A stretch of 64,000 bases of DNA from Phaeosaccion multiseriatum. Its lineage: Eukaryota; Protista; Ochrophyta, other classes. Positions 1 through 17,017 of the stretch are shown here, piece after piece. A program made the translations under genes and the position numbers. Each line of letters starts with the position of its first letter. Positions within the stretch are counted from its first letter, which is position 1. The stretch lies in contig OZ218952.1 of assembly GCA_965112735.1 (NCBI GenBank), forward strand, positions 1,736,001-1,800,000. The letters run 5' to 3'. A model generated the notes under the pieces. It had not been told where the DNA came from. It made no database searches and saw nothing but the letters and a program-made list of their open reading frames with translations.

Positions 1-419
1 GCAGCGAGGACTGCACCAGCTCACGCGTCGTCATTGCCGCTGGCGGACTGGCTTTCAGCCTCTCGTTGCCTGCTCCGTCCTCATCCAAGACTCAATTTTA
101 GGCACCCCTCTCCAATAACATATAGCAGCCCTTGTGCAAAGCAGGGCGTGGAGAGATAGCCCAAGCCCGCTTTCAGTAGCAGCACAAGTAACAGCAAAGG
201 GAGAGGCTTCGCTGGAGAGTGTCAGCCTTCCTTTGGTCGCTCTTTTTGGTGCTCACAGAGGGAGGGCATAGCACCAAACGTAACGATATTCTTTCCGTAT
301 GCTTTCAAATGACTCACCTAAAAGTAATTCTCGCCGTCTGCTCTCTGTTCCCTCTCTCTCCCTATTTCATTCTCTCTCTCCCTTGCCTAGGAGAGCACAA
401 GGTCCTCCTTACGTTACGG

Positions 420-4435
<4,016 letters not shown>

Positions 4436-4997
4436 GAGAGATAGGAGCACAATCGATGCTAGAGAGAGTGGGAGGGGGTAGGGCCACGGAGGTTACGTAC
4501 CTACATACGTGTCTTTAATTTTGATTTTTTGAATTGTGCGCACCCCTCCCGGTGCCCCTCTCCATACCGAGAGAACTCCCCCCTGCCTTTTACCCATCGC
4601 CTTCATCAAAGTGTTACCAACCCCTCATTCGATCAGCGTTTCCTCAGGAGCAAAGCACGAGAGAGGCAGAGAGATACCTCGCCCAAGTGATTTGTCCTCC
4701 AAATGTTATATCTGATATTTTAAATACTGTATTTATTTATATTTATATGGGAAGTAGTATATTGCGTGAGTGGCTGAGAGATTTTTGTTCCAGAGCGTTC
4801 TGGCTCGGGAAAATTGGTTTCTCATGTTACCCACCTTTAGTGTCTATGCTCGATGCTCGGTAGTTATATGTTTACAAAGGAATGTCTCGACAATGAAAAG
4901 TGTGCTGGTTATCGTGGTATCGTAGTGTAGTCGAGGACAGTGAGTGAGCTGAGTGAGTGAGCGAGCGAGCGAGTGTGTGAGTGTGTGAGTGTGTGAG

Positions 4998-7628
4998 TTA
5001 TCGGACGAGGGGCTCTAAGCGGGGAGTATGGCCGAGGGAGGGCTGCTGCTCGGACTTGAACTCTTGTTTCGACTCCTCCTCCACAGCTGTCTCAGCAATG
5101 ACAAAAGGCCGATGGCTCAACATAGGGCCCGCCGCACTTTCGCAGAGTGTGCTGTCGGAAGTGGCCTCCTGTGTTCTTTCTCCTTGTTCTATGAGCTGCC
5201 GATTCGCATCCGTGTCCTCTGGGGCATAAGTCTCGGCGGCCAACGAAGGGGTGACCTTGTTGCTCGATGTTGCTCGTTTGAAGCCATTACGAATGGCACT
5301 TGTCAAACCCCCGTCCTTTTTCTCAGACACAATAGGAAGGGCATTGTTTCTCAGCCTTCCCTCGAGCTCCACACTGGCCGTGCAATTGTCTCGGTTTCCG
5401 AGTCGATGCCCCCCCCCAACGCTGTTGAGGCGCTCCCTGGATCCGCTGCCGCCCGGTGATGCGCTGTCAAGAGGAGCTTCCTGTAGTCCGCTGAGGAGAG
5501 AAGGGGCTCTTTGCGCTGCGCTAGGCTCAGGACTCATGGTGCATGCACGAGAACTGAACTTATCCAAGTCCGGGCCGGGACTACTTCTGCCGGGGTTGCT
5601 GGCACTGAAGCTGACGCGACTGGTCTCGCGGCCTCCTCTCTCGGGACCACTAACCATCCTCGGCCTACTCTCATTACCTGCCGTAGGGAATGCATCATTC
5701 CCCATCTCCTCTTCACTCTCCCCTAGAGAAACGAGCGAAACGAGGTCAAGCACATCCGAGGGGGCACGCGACTCTATCACTGACATGGTGGCGTACTTGG
5801 TCGTAGAAAGGAGGATTCTGAGCTGCCTGAGCCCCCCGGGGATGAGCCCCACGCGCTCCGGATGCGTCCACTTGTTCAAGAGTCTGCGCACCACTGCGAT
5901 GGCCCAGATGTGGTTGATAATGCTGGCCTCCACATCCATCCGTACTTTGGCAGAATTGGCCGAGTACTGATAGATGGCGTTGTTGAGCTTAATCTCGTAG
6001 TGAAGCACGATGAACATTCCGCTGAGGTAGAGGTTGGTGGGTTCCTCCAGCCGGGTCAAGGCGGTGCCTTCCATCGCCGCCCCCAGGAGAATAAAGAATG
6101 CAGCTGTTCCCGCCTGTTGTGTTGGTTGGACGCAATAAAGAAGCCCATCAAGAGAGACGCATCGGAGCGGGGAGACGCATCATCACCTTTGACGCCTTGA
6201 GAAATTCTAGTCAAGTGCTCACGACCATTCGGCCACGTTGTCACCCTCAGTCAGTAAGAACCCTTCCTCTAACCCGATTCGTTCACCCATTCCTACGCAC
6301 CCATACCCACACTCTTTCCTTCCCGGCCTACGCACTCACTCACATTCACGGCTGTCGCGTGGACGGCAGCACTGGTTCTCCCTGCGTCCTTGGACGTTGC
6401 GAGAGCAGTAACTAGCTGTTGTGCGCCTATCGCGGCCGCGATTGGTATCACGGCCACTGCCGCCATGAACACAATCACGGCGGACCGATGGAAGTTGACG
6501 AGGCTTAGGATTCCCACCACGAACAAATCTGTGGTGAAGCGACAGAAAGGGGAACGGGAAGGGCACAGGCACAGGCGGTACAGGGAGGAGCACGGCCGGG
6601 CGAGTTGACGGACAAAGGAGTGTAGAGGAGATGAGGAGTCAGAAAGGAGAGGGCCCTTGCACTCCCAGAGAGTCAGACAGATGGAGCTGAAACGGCGAGA
6701 CGCAACGAAAGTGACGTCCCCCAAGGATGGTTTGATTTGACTTGCAAAGAAGAGAAGAAGAACACAACCGAGCGATGGGTGAAGAGAATTCCTCGAGGGC
6801 GCGCGCACACACACACATACACATACACATACACGCACTGAGCACACACGACACTCGCATGTCCTGAATGACTGGCCCAATAGTTGGAGGTTGGAAGGGA
6901 GACTTACAGGCTGCGGAGAAGCCGTACACGAGCTGCTTGGAGCGACGCAGCTCCCTCTTGGCATTTTTATTGTGGGATGACGCCTTCGCGACCGCCATCC
7001 ACACGGTCAGGACAGTTATGGTGGGCATCACTCCAGTAACCATCGCCAGAGACTCCACTTCGGCAAGAATCAGGTCAAAGGTCTGTTGGTGAAAGACGCC
7101 CAAGGCGCTAAGGGCCACCAAGATGCATTGGAGGCATTGCACAAAGCTAAACAGCACCACAAACGCAATGGTTCTGCTCAGGGGACTAGCGACAAGCTTT
7201 CCACGCTCAGCCTCGCGGGACATGATGAACAGGCACCCGGATGCAGAGATCGCCAACAAGAGAGCCCGCACAGCCAGCAGCAAAACAACGACTGCGCATA
7301 ATATGCTCTGCCACCGTAGTTCCTCGCAGTCGTCGCCGGCATGCCCTGCGAGCGAGAAGGGCAAGAGAATGAGCACAAGGGTACCCCCCCACAACGCCTT
7401 TCCATAGTCACTTACCCCAGCCAATGAAGCAGCTACACTCAAGCGTTGCGGGTGTGCACGTGTACCCAGGACTGCAATCGCTGTTGTCAGTGCAAGTATC
7501 AAACGACCCCGACGCCGCGGACAGCGAGCGTGCCATAGCTGCTGCTGCCCCTTCTCCCCTTCGGAGGACGTGATATGCGATATGCTCCGGTTTGCTATGG
7601 GGGGGACCCCATCAACGACCCCAGCCAA
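4998..7628 (-). CDS. Uncharacterised multi-pass membrane protein (~7-8 TM) with long disordered C-terminal tail; start codon uncertain
   Basis: Exons approx. 7628-6908, 6529-6343, 6113-4998 with GT-AG junctions (e.g. AVN|AGTAAFFILLGAAMEG). Successive hydrophobic segments, then an S/P/E-rich tail. No family recognised. Confidence 0.65.
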
Positions 7629-7817
7629 CCACCGCAGTTACGTTTCCTGTGGCATTTGGCCGAGCACTGATTGATGGCGTGGTTGAGCTCATTCTATTGT
7701 AGTGAAGCATGAACAGGAGGGGGAGGAAAAAAGGCGGTCAAGGCTACTTTGGCAGTTACGGAAAGGGGAAAAAGGGGAAAAAAGCCCGCACTGGCTACCT
7801 GCAAGAAAAGCTGTGGC

Positions 7818-10800
7818 ATGGCCTCTCTGGCGGAGAACGTGACAAGCCTGCAGCAAACCGTTGTAGCGCTGCAGGCTCAGCTGCTGCTGTTGCAGTCGAA
7901 TACGACTGAGGTGGAAGCGGAAATCGCAGATGAACTTCATCACCTGGAAAACGAGGTGGACATCTTCTGGATGCTTTATGGAGCTCTCCTCCTCCTCTGT
8001 AAGTGAAGCACCATGACGTGTTGCGTCTGTTGCGTCCCCTCACCCAGTAACTTCCTACCGCTCACATCCTGCCTCCTCCGGCCGCAGTCATGCAAGTTGG
8101 ATACATGTTGATCGCAGTTGCTGGCACGAGTGCGCGAAACACCAAGTTCCTTCTCGTAAGGGTAAGCGAGGAGCCGGCCGCATCCATCCACTCCGCCTTT
8201 GAGTCTCACTTCCTCTCGCGCTGCCTCTACTCTCCTTGGACTGTGCGTAGAACGTGCTCGAAAGCGCCGCGGCGCTGTTAGCGTGGTGGACGGTAGGGTA
8301 TGGCATCGCGATGGGAGAGAATCACAACGAATACCTTGGACACTGGGTAAGTAAGAATTCCTGCAACCTGTCCATCAGTCCATCACCAATATGCCGTCAT
8401 CTTGGCTGACTGGAGGCATATGTGCAATGCTCACCTCCACGAAATGTATGCCTTCGTCTTCATCCCCCTCCTCTCTCTTGCTGCTCTGCCTTTCGATGTG
8501 GCCCAGTTTGGGCGAGAGTCTTTCTTTACCAATGGTGATGTATTCCACGACGCCTGGGGCCACGTAGACGTCGCCCAAGGCTTCAGCCTAGCGGTTTTCC
8601 TGGTTCAGGGAGTCCTGAGCAGCATCGCCTCGTCCGTGGTGAATGGCGCGTGTGGGGAGCGCATCACGCTCTCTGCCTGCATGGTCCTGTCGTGGCTTAC
8701 GGGCAGCTTCATCTACCCCATTAGCGTTCGCTGGGCGCGGCATGAGAGCGGCTGGGCCAGTCCAAACGCCCCCGAACAGGAGCTCCTCTTTGGGTGTGGC
8801 GTCACGGACCATGCTGGAGGTGCCACCATCCACATTGCGAGTGGTTTCACTGCGCTCATAACCATCATCGCCCTCAAGCCACGGTGAGAGCACCTACATG
8901 CATGCATTTGCTTCCTTTCCCCTCCTTCCAACCCCCACCGCCTCCTCACCCCCCATCTCTCCCACCCCTCACAACTTCTCTCCTGGGGCATATGCAGGCT
9001 CGGGCGTTTCGCCAGCGATGGTACCGCGAGCATGATGGCCAAGCAAAGCTCAACCCTGGGTGTGCTCGGCACATTCATCGTGTTTGTGGGCTTTGGCGGT
9101 TACATGATGAGCGCGACGTCAGTCTCGGAGAACGGGCCACTCGCAGGTCAGGCATGGAGCAAGTCGCTCTCCCGTGTTTCCCTCAGTTTGTATGTAGCAC
9201 ATAACGCCCTTTCCCTTTTCTCTTTCCTTCTCCTTCTCCCTCTCCCTCCCCCCGCCCCCCCTCTCTCTCCCTCCCTCTCTCTCTTCCGTCGTGATCCGGC
9301 GCCCCACAACAATTCGATTGAAGCCCATATACTTGTGGTGCTGGTGCTCTCCGCCTCCGCCGGATGCCTGAGCACGGCCACCATGGGCTACCTCTACTTC
9401 GGCCACGTATACCCCGAACATTGCACAATGGGCATATTGGCGGGCCTGGTGTCCGTCACCTCCGGCGTTGCGACGATCGAGACCGAAGCGGCCATCATCA
9501 TTGGCGCCCTTGGGGGCTTTATAGCCCTCACTACGAATCATAAGTTGCTGGAGATGGAAATCGACGATGCAAGTGAGTTGAAAAGAGAGAGCATTGCTTC
9601 ATTTTCTGTGTCATACGTTTCGGAGTGGAGCGCGATGGAAGAGCGATTCGCCCCACCCCTTGTTGTACAAGTCGCAAACTTAAAAAACGCTGTCTCCTCC
9701 GTCTACCCGGGCCATGCTCGCCTTTCTCATCGTCCCGCTGCTGACTGCCTCGTCCATCCATCCCGTGGGTGCGTGCGTGCCTACAATGAGCAGTTAGTGC
9801 CGTACCCGTTCACTTGATGTGTGGGCTGTGGAGCGTCGTTGCTGCGGGACTCTTCTCCACGCAGGAGCTCTACAGTTCTTCCATCAGCGACGAGCGCTCC
9901 ACCCTCTGCTGCGGCTTCCTCTTTGGCTGTGGGGGCCGGACGCTCGCAGCCAACCTCGTGTTTGTGTTTGTGCTCTGTGTGGGCATCTTCGTCATGCTCT
10001 TCCTAGTGATTGAGACGCTCAAGAAGCTGAAGCAATTTCGAGTGCCCAGCAAGTCCGAGAGAGCGGGTATGGATCGGGCTGGCCATGGAGGAGAGGTGAG
10101 TGACCACGCCGTGGTGCCCCGAGTCACTCTGTACCAGCGGCAAAGGTAGCGGGAGGAGGAGGAGGAGGAGGAGGAGGAGGAGGAGGAGGAGGAGGAGGAG
10201 GAGGAGGAGGAGGAGGAGGAGGAGGAGGAGGAGGAGGAGGAGGAGGAGGAGGAGGAGGAGGAGGAGGAGGAGGAGGAGGAGGAGGAGGAGGAGGAGGAGG
10301 AGGAGGAGGAGGAGGAGGAGGAGGAGGAGGAGGAGGAGGAGGAGGAGGAGGAGGAGGAGGAGGAGGAGGAGGAGGAGGAGGAGGAGGAGGAGGAGGAGGA
10401 GGAGGAGGAGGAGGAGGAGGAGGAGGAGGAGGAGGAGGAGGAGGAGGAGGAGGAGGAGGAGGAGGAGGAGGAGGAGGAGGAGGAGGAGGAGGAGGAGGAG
10501 GAGGAGGAGGAGGAGGAGGAGGAGGAGGAGGAGGAGGAGGAGGAGGAGGAGGAGGAGGAGGAGGAGGAGGAGGAGGAGGAGGAGGAGGAGGAGGAGGAGG
10601 AGGAGGAGGAGGAGGAGGAGGAGGAGGAGGAGGAGGAGGAGGAGGAGGAGGAGGAGGAGGAGGAGGAGGAGGAGGAGGAGGAGGAGGAGGAGGAGGAGGA
10701 GGAGGAGGAGGAGGAGGAGGAGGAGGAGGAGGAGGAGGAGGAGGAGGAGGAGGAGGAGGAGGAGGAGGAGGAGGAGGAGGAGGAGGAGGAGGAGGAGGAG

Positions 10801-11615
10801 GAGGAGGAGGAGGAGGAGGAGGAGGAGGAGGAGGAGGAGGAGGAGGAGGAGGAGGAGGAGGAGGAGGAGGAGGAGGAGGAGGAGGAGGAGGAGGAGGAGG
10901 AGGAGGAGGAGGAGGAGGAGGAGGAGGAGGAGGAGGAGGAGGAGGAGGAGGAGGAGGAGGAGGAGGAGGAGGAGGAGGAGGAGGAGGAGGAGGAGGAGGA
11001 GGAGGAGGAGGAGGAGGAGGAGGAGGAGGAGGAGGAGGAGGAGGAGGAGGAGGAGGAGGAGGAGGGGGATGGGAAGGGGGAGGAGGAAGAGGAAGAGGAG
11101 GAGGAGGAGGGGGAGGGGGATGGGGAGGGGGAGGGGGCCCAGCTATGACATTGGATAGGGCGGGGAGGGCGCGGGGTCCGAGCGTGCAACACATTCTTAC
11201 ATGCCTTTTGCTCCTTGCTCTCTCTTTTGTCATACCCACCCATCCTGTCATACCCACCCATCCTGTCATACCCACCCATCCAGCCGCAACAATACCTCTC
11301 TCCCTCTCTTCCTCGCTCTCGACTCTGATGCCCCCATGCGCTTCTTCGCCGCTTTGATGATATTTGCTTTTGCTTTCTGGTGTCACCCAGGAAGTACCGG
11401 AGCACGTCCTCCGACTAGCGCAACAGATGGCTAGACTGGGAGATGCCAGCAAATCGTCAGGAGAGCGAGGGAGGATAATGTCAGGAGAGCGAGGGAGGAT
11501 GTTGTCAAATGCAATGTTGTCCAACAAAGCAATGGGCACTCCTATGTCGCCGAGGCGCGAGTCGGTCGGGACCCCTGTCACAAACAAGAAAAGGAAAACA
11601 AGCCAGTTCGGCTAG
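7818..11615 (+). CDS. AMT1: Ammonium transporter (Amt1-like, divergent), 8 exons
   Basis: Exons approx. 7818-7998, 8088-8161, 8251-8346, 8507-8884, 8998-9146, 9323-9571, 9794-10095, 11391-11615. Motifs: DIFWMLYGA, MQVGY, GACGER, FIYP, DHAGGATIH, LGTFI, GILAGLVSVTSG, IDDAISAVPVHLMCGLW, ERAGMDRAGHGG. Confidence 0.92.
10152..11064. repeat. (GGA)n perfect trinucleotide run, ~0.9 kb, in last AMT intron
   Basis: Directly visible. Confidence 0.99.
11228..11282. repeat. 3 x 18-bp tandem repeat GTCATACCCACCCATCCT (intronic)
   Basis: Directly visible. Confidence 0.9.
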
Positions 11616-11908
11616 TCTTCAAGGAAGACTTTCAACACCTCGACACTATAGTTTTCAGTTTCAGCACAATTATAGACTACTGTGGTACGGCGCGGCATTA
11701 GTTCCTCGCCTATCAATCCAGAGACACGTAGACACGGCCGCGGCCTTTCACAGGTCGCAGAATTGCAGTCAACCAACAAGAGTAAGCTGCAGTTTCATTA
11801 GACCCCCAACCAATGACCGAGAACATTAGATATTGCATCGTGGGATCGTTGGTTGAACTCAACTGACCGAGAACAAGAGGAGGGGAAGAATAAGCTACTG
11901 GAGAAAGC

Positions 11909-12843
<935 letters not shown>

Positions 12844-13108
12844 CCAATTGAAACTAAAACTAAAATTGTGGAAATTTCTGCATTTTCAGGATTATCTTTT
12901 CAGAGAAGTGGGGGGAAAACAAAGAAGCCATATAAGCCATATACAGCCGTCGAACGTCGCGCCACCCTCCTTACGCCACTTCCTTGCTCCTCTTCGAGCT
13001 GGGATCCCCCTCTCGCCTCCTCCCCGCCCACTCTACTCCTGCTCCGCACCTCTCTTTTGCCCCTCTTCCCAACTCCTCCTTTCCCTTTCTCCTCCCCCCT
13101 TCCTCACC

Positions 13109-13859
13109 ATGAATATCGCCCCCCCTACTCAATACCACCGTGGACAGCCACAATACTACGAGCAACAGGAGCTACAACGGCAGCAAGCAGCAGCAGCCCA
13201 ACAGCAGCAGCCCCAATACCAGCCTCAATCGGTGCCAGAGAAGCAACCCAATCCTTACATTGAGTACCAGAACGTGGACGGAGTGCCCGTAGGTGGCCAG
13301 CAGGTCCAGCAAGCGGTGCCAGTAACGCAAGGGCAGCCAGTAGTAGCAGTAGTGGGCGGGACCGATTGCCGAGGTTGTGGGACGATTTTCCAGGTACGAC
13401 AACATCATTTTTTATTCTTCTTATCCCCCGCTGCTGTGAGAACTTTAGTGGCATCGCCCGTACATCGTCTTCTGCCTCTTCATTCTCCGTCTAGTTGTGT
13501 GTGTATGTGTGTATAGTTCCTTTTTTACTTCAGCAGCGCGTCTTGCCGACTCCGCTAGCGAATTTCTCTCCTCTGCTTCCGCTTACCATTCCACTCTATG
13601 CACGCCTTGGCCACACAGCCGGGGCCTCCGAATTCAGAGTTCCGTTGCCAGAACTGTAATAAGAGAGCAGGGTAAGTAAGAGAGGACAAGGGTACTTGGA
13701 GGGCGAGGGGGGAAGAGACGGAAGGAAGACCTTCCGCTTGTTTGGAGTTAGGAAACGTCTTACTTTACTTTTATTTATTTCGTCTCCCCCTTGCACAGGA
13801 AGGACATGCTCTGCGTCAACCTGACCTGCGGCGCATCCTCGCTGTGCAGCATCATGTAA
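13109..13859 (+). CDS. Small Q/P/Y-rich protein with CxxC...CxxC zinc ribbon and C-terminal CaaX box (CSIM)
   Basis: Exons 13109-13393, 13619-13671, 13799-13859 join as ...[10 protein letters not shown]|[17 protein letters not shown]|[20 protein letters not shown]. Confidence 0.8.
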
Positions 13860-14342
13860 CGTCATAGGGTTGTAGTGTCAGACGAAAGTACATACAGAAG
13901 CATCAAGGGGGGGGTGGGTGAACAACGGGCGGACTTGCAGAAGGCATCGGGGAGGCGATCTTTTTTGGTGCCAACTACAACAGAAGGGACGCCCACGGGT
14001 TGGTTTTTTGTTTCAATTGGTTTTTTCATTAAAATCTTTTCCCGGATTTTATCGCGCTTAGTGGTGGCACAAAGCAAACCGCTCAGCTTCCAGACCCTTC
14101 AACCCCCCCCCCCCCCCCTCAACCCCCCCTGAGAGGAGGAGGAGGAGGAGGGGTAGGAGAAGGAGAGCTTCGTGGACTGGTGGAGTGGAATTTCGCCCTG
14201 GTGGAGGGACACCACATTTGTGTTTTCCTTTCACCAAAGCATATGGGCAGCGGTATATTGAGGAGGAGTGGGGTCACCACGCAAAAAAAGCCAGGACAGC
14301 CCCACCCATGCCCCCAAATGCCGATGGCAGCCGATGGATGGC

Positions 14343-14390
14343 TCAGTAGAAGATCTGGTGCACGGGGCCCATGGTGGACTTGATGTACAT

Positions 14391-14433
<43 letters not shown>

Positions 14434-15944
14434 CGAAGGAAAGTGGAGGGGGTGTTGGGTATGTGGAGATCTGGCGTCAAGTGACCGCCACAACATGTAG
14501 TTACGCACACTTCCCTTCCCTTGGATTACGTAAGTGTGCCTTCTCATGCCACACACCATAAACCAGAAGTTAATGAAGGCCTCAAACCAGCCCAGGTGTG
14601 TGGCAGCCTCCTCGGACTCTCTCCTCCTACCCTACCACTGACACTGACCGTCTTGCCCTACCTCCCAATTCATAATCTCATGTACATCGACCGGCTCATC
14701 CTACCCTCTCAAAGAAAAGATGCTACAATCCTACACACTACACTATCCATCCCCTCCCTGCTCCACTGACTAACCTTGATGTTCTGCCAGTTCTTCTTGA
14801 GCAGAGAAGCGAGGAAGTTGGCAGCCAGCTGCACATTCAGCACAATCTCGTCCTGGGTCTGGTCCACGTTGGCCACAGCCACGCTCAGGCACATGACCTA
14901 AGAGGGGAGGAGGGGAGGAGGAGGGGCAGGGGGGGGGGGGGGGAGTTGCGGGGAAAGGGTAAGGGCCACTCAAGTCAGTTCAGTAGTTCAGTGCTGAGCG
15001 GCTCCTTGCAGGATGTGGGAGAGGCGCCTCCACACTACTCGACACTCCCTCCAATCTGGCATCTCCTGTCTACAGACCCATCTTTCTCTCTCTCCATCTT
15101 CCAACTGCATGCCCTTCCCTCACCTTCTTCATCTGGAACTTGATGGTAGAGCGCACGGTGTCAATCTTGTCCTGCAGGTCCTCGCTTCCGCTGATGAGGG
15201 TGGGGAACTTGCCTGCACATGAGCCCGGGAGGAGAAGTAGAGGGGGGGTGGGCGAAAGGGTTAAACATACGTGACGACACATATGAGGGGGTGAGTGTGT
15301 GTGTGTGTGAATGTGTGTAGACAGGTGTATGGGGGGGGAAGGGCCCATGGCGAGGTACAAGGGACCAAGGCCACCAAGGCCCAAGTCCGCATATATGTGT
15401 GTGTGGTGGTGGTCTGACTCACCGGCCTTGGTGAGCCCGGGGCCCAACAGACGCGGGATCTGCTTGATGAGCGTGTCGGAAGCGATGAAGGCGTCGTACT
15501 TCTTGGCGAACTTCTTGATGATCTGCTCAGTCAGGGCCAAGGGAAGATGGGTGGCAATGGATGGCGCGAGGGGGGGAGAGAGAGCGGAGAGCAGAGAGAG
15601 AGACGGAAAAAGGAGAGAGAGAGAGAGAGAGATATATCGTTTGTAAGAAGCAGAGTACAGGGGACGACTACACACATATGCTTGTCGCGTACATTGTACG
15701 ACACTCCTCGTCTCGCGTCTCCCCTGCCCGCGTCTCCCCTGCCCGCCTCCCCCCGTACCTTCTTGTTCTTGTTGAACTTCTTGAGGTCCTCCACAGACAT
15801 CTTGTCGACGCCGATGGCCTCGGCAGCCTCGCAGTGCACCGCATTACCGAGCACGCAGATCTAGTGGGGGGATGAGGGAGCAAGGAGGAAGAAGAGAAAG
15901 GAGCAAGGTAAGTGAAAGCTCCTTGCGTGCGACAAGGGGGACGG

Positions 15945-15999
<55 letters not shown>

Positions 16000-16790
16000 G
16001 ATGGATGACCGACTCACCGCCATCTTGGGCTTGGGGATGGTGGGCAGCTTGAAGGTTCCGGAGAAACGCTTGTCACGCTGGGGGTCATAGTTCTTCAAGG
16101 CCACCTGCAAGAGCCACGAAGGAAAAGGGGGAGCAGAGGTCAGGAAGGAGAGTCCATCGGTGCTGCAACTGTATCGGCTGACCGCGTGCGTGCGTGAGTG
16201 AGTGGACTGGCTGCATCGTCCCTGCCCCAAAATGCCGTAATCAAAACCCAGAGGAGAGGAGGACGGATTGCAACCGCCGAAATGGCCTCTGCTGTTTTCA
16301 TGCACTTTCTGCTCAGGCAGCATTGAATCCTCCCCGTAGGAAGGCCTGCCCCTTCACTCGCGACTATAGTCATCTCCGTACGCATACCATGGCCGCTGTC
16401 GTTGCTCCTTCTGCTGCTTCTTCCAGACCGGGTTGCGCGACTGGCTGCTCTGCAACTGCTGCTGCTACACGGCCTCTTCTCCCCTCTTCTCTCCCCACCC
16501 CGCTCTCTCCTCACTTCTGGCGCCCCAGAGATTACCAACGGCATCCTTGCCCGGTTTGGCGCTTTCTCACATCAACACCTCTCCCAGTCCTTGCTGCTGC
16601 GGCTGCTGCTGCTGCGGCACTCCCTCCCTTGGACCCAATCCAATCGCCTCACCTGAAGCTCCACGCTCTCCGTGAAGTTACGCTTCTTGCCCTTGACCTC
16701 CTCTCCCGCCCTCGTGAAAGTCTCTCCCTTGGAGAACTTCAGCACCTCCTCCACCGCCTTTCCCACTAGTTCGCTGTTGAGTTTGCTCAT
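14343..16790 (-). CDS. RPL10A: 60S ribosomal protein L10a (uL1), 7 exons
   Basis: MSKLNSEL...[12 protein letters not shown]|[16 protein letters not shown]|[10 protein letters not shown]...NKNKK|[26 protein letters not shown]|[12 protein letters not shown]|[19 protein letters not shown]|[16 protein letters not shown]. Confidence 0.98.
14462..14604 (-). ncRNA. Candidate intronic structured RNA (H/ACA snoRNA-like or regulatory hairpins) in last RPL10A intron
   Basis: Three consecutive stems: 14548-14557/14595-14604 (10 bp perfect, extendable by G-U only on the minus strand), 14505-14512/14532-14539, 14462-14466/14488-14492. ACA triplets lie just after stem 2 and at the end of stem 3. No clean H box. 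Confidence 0.35.
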
Positions 16791-17017
16791 GATGCCACGC
16801 CGATTACCGGGAAAGCAAACAACTGAGGCCAGGAGTCCACAAAGTTGGCCGACACCCCCGGGGGACCTGACAAATACGGAGCACCAACCTTCTCAGATCC
16901 TCGACGGTTTAATCTCTGATGTAATCCTTTGTCGCCATTCCCTCTGCTTTCGTACCTTCGCTCGATGAAGTCTGGAGGAAGAGAAGCCACAAGGGGGGGT
17001 ATTTGAGAATAATCGCC

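Noticed and set aside
1-90. Possible start of a minus-strand gene (MTTRELVQSSL) at the window edge
   Set aside because: Too short to support.
9568-9573. Apparent GC-AG donor in AMT (GAT|GCAAGT)
   Set aside because: A canonical GT donor 4 nt downstream gives the in-frame DDAISAVPVH.
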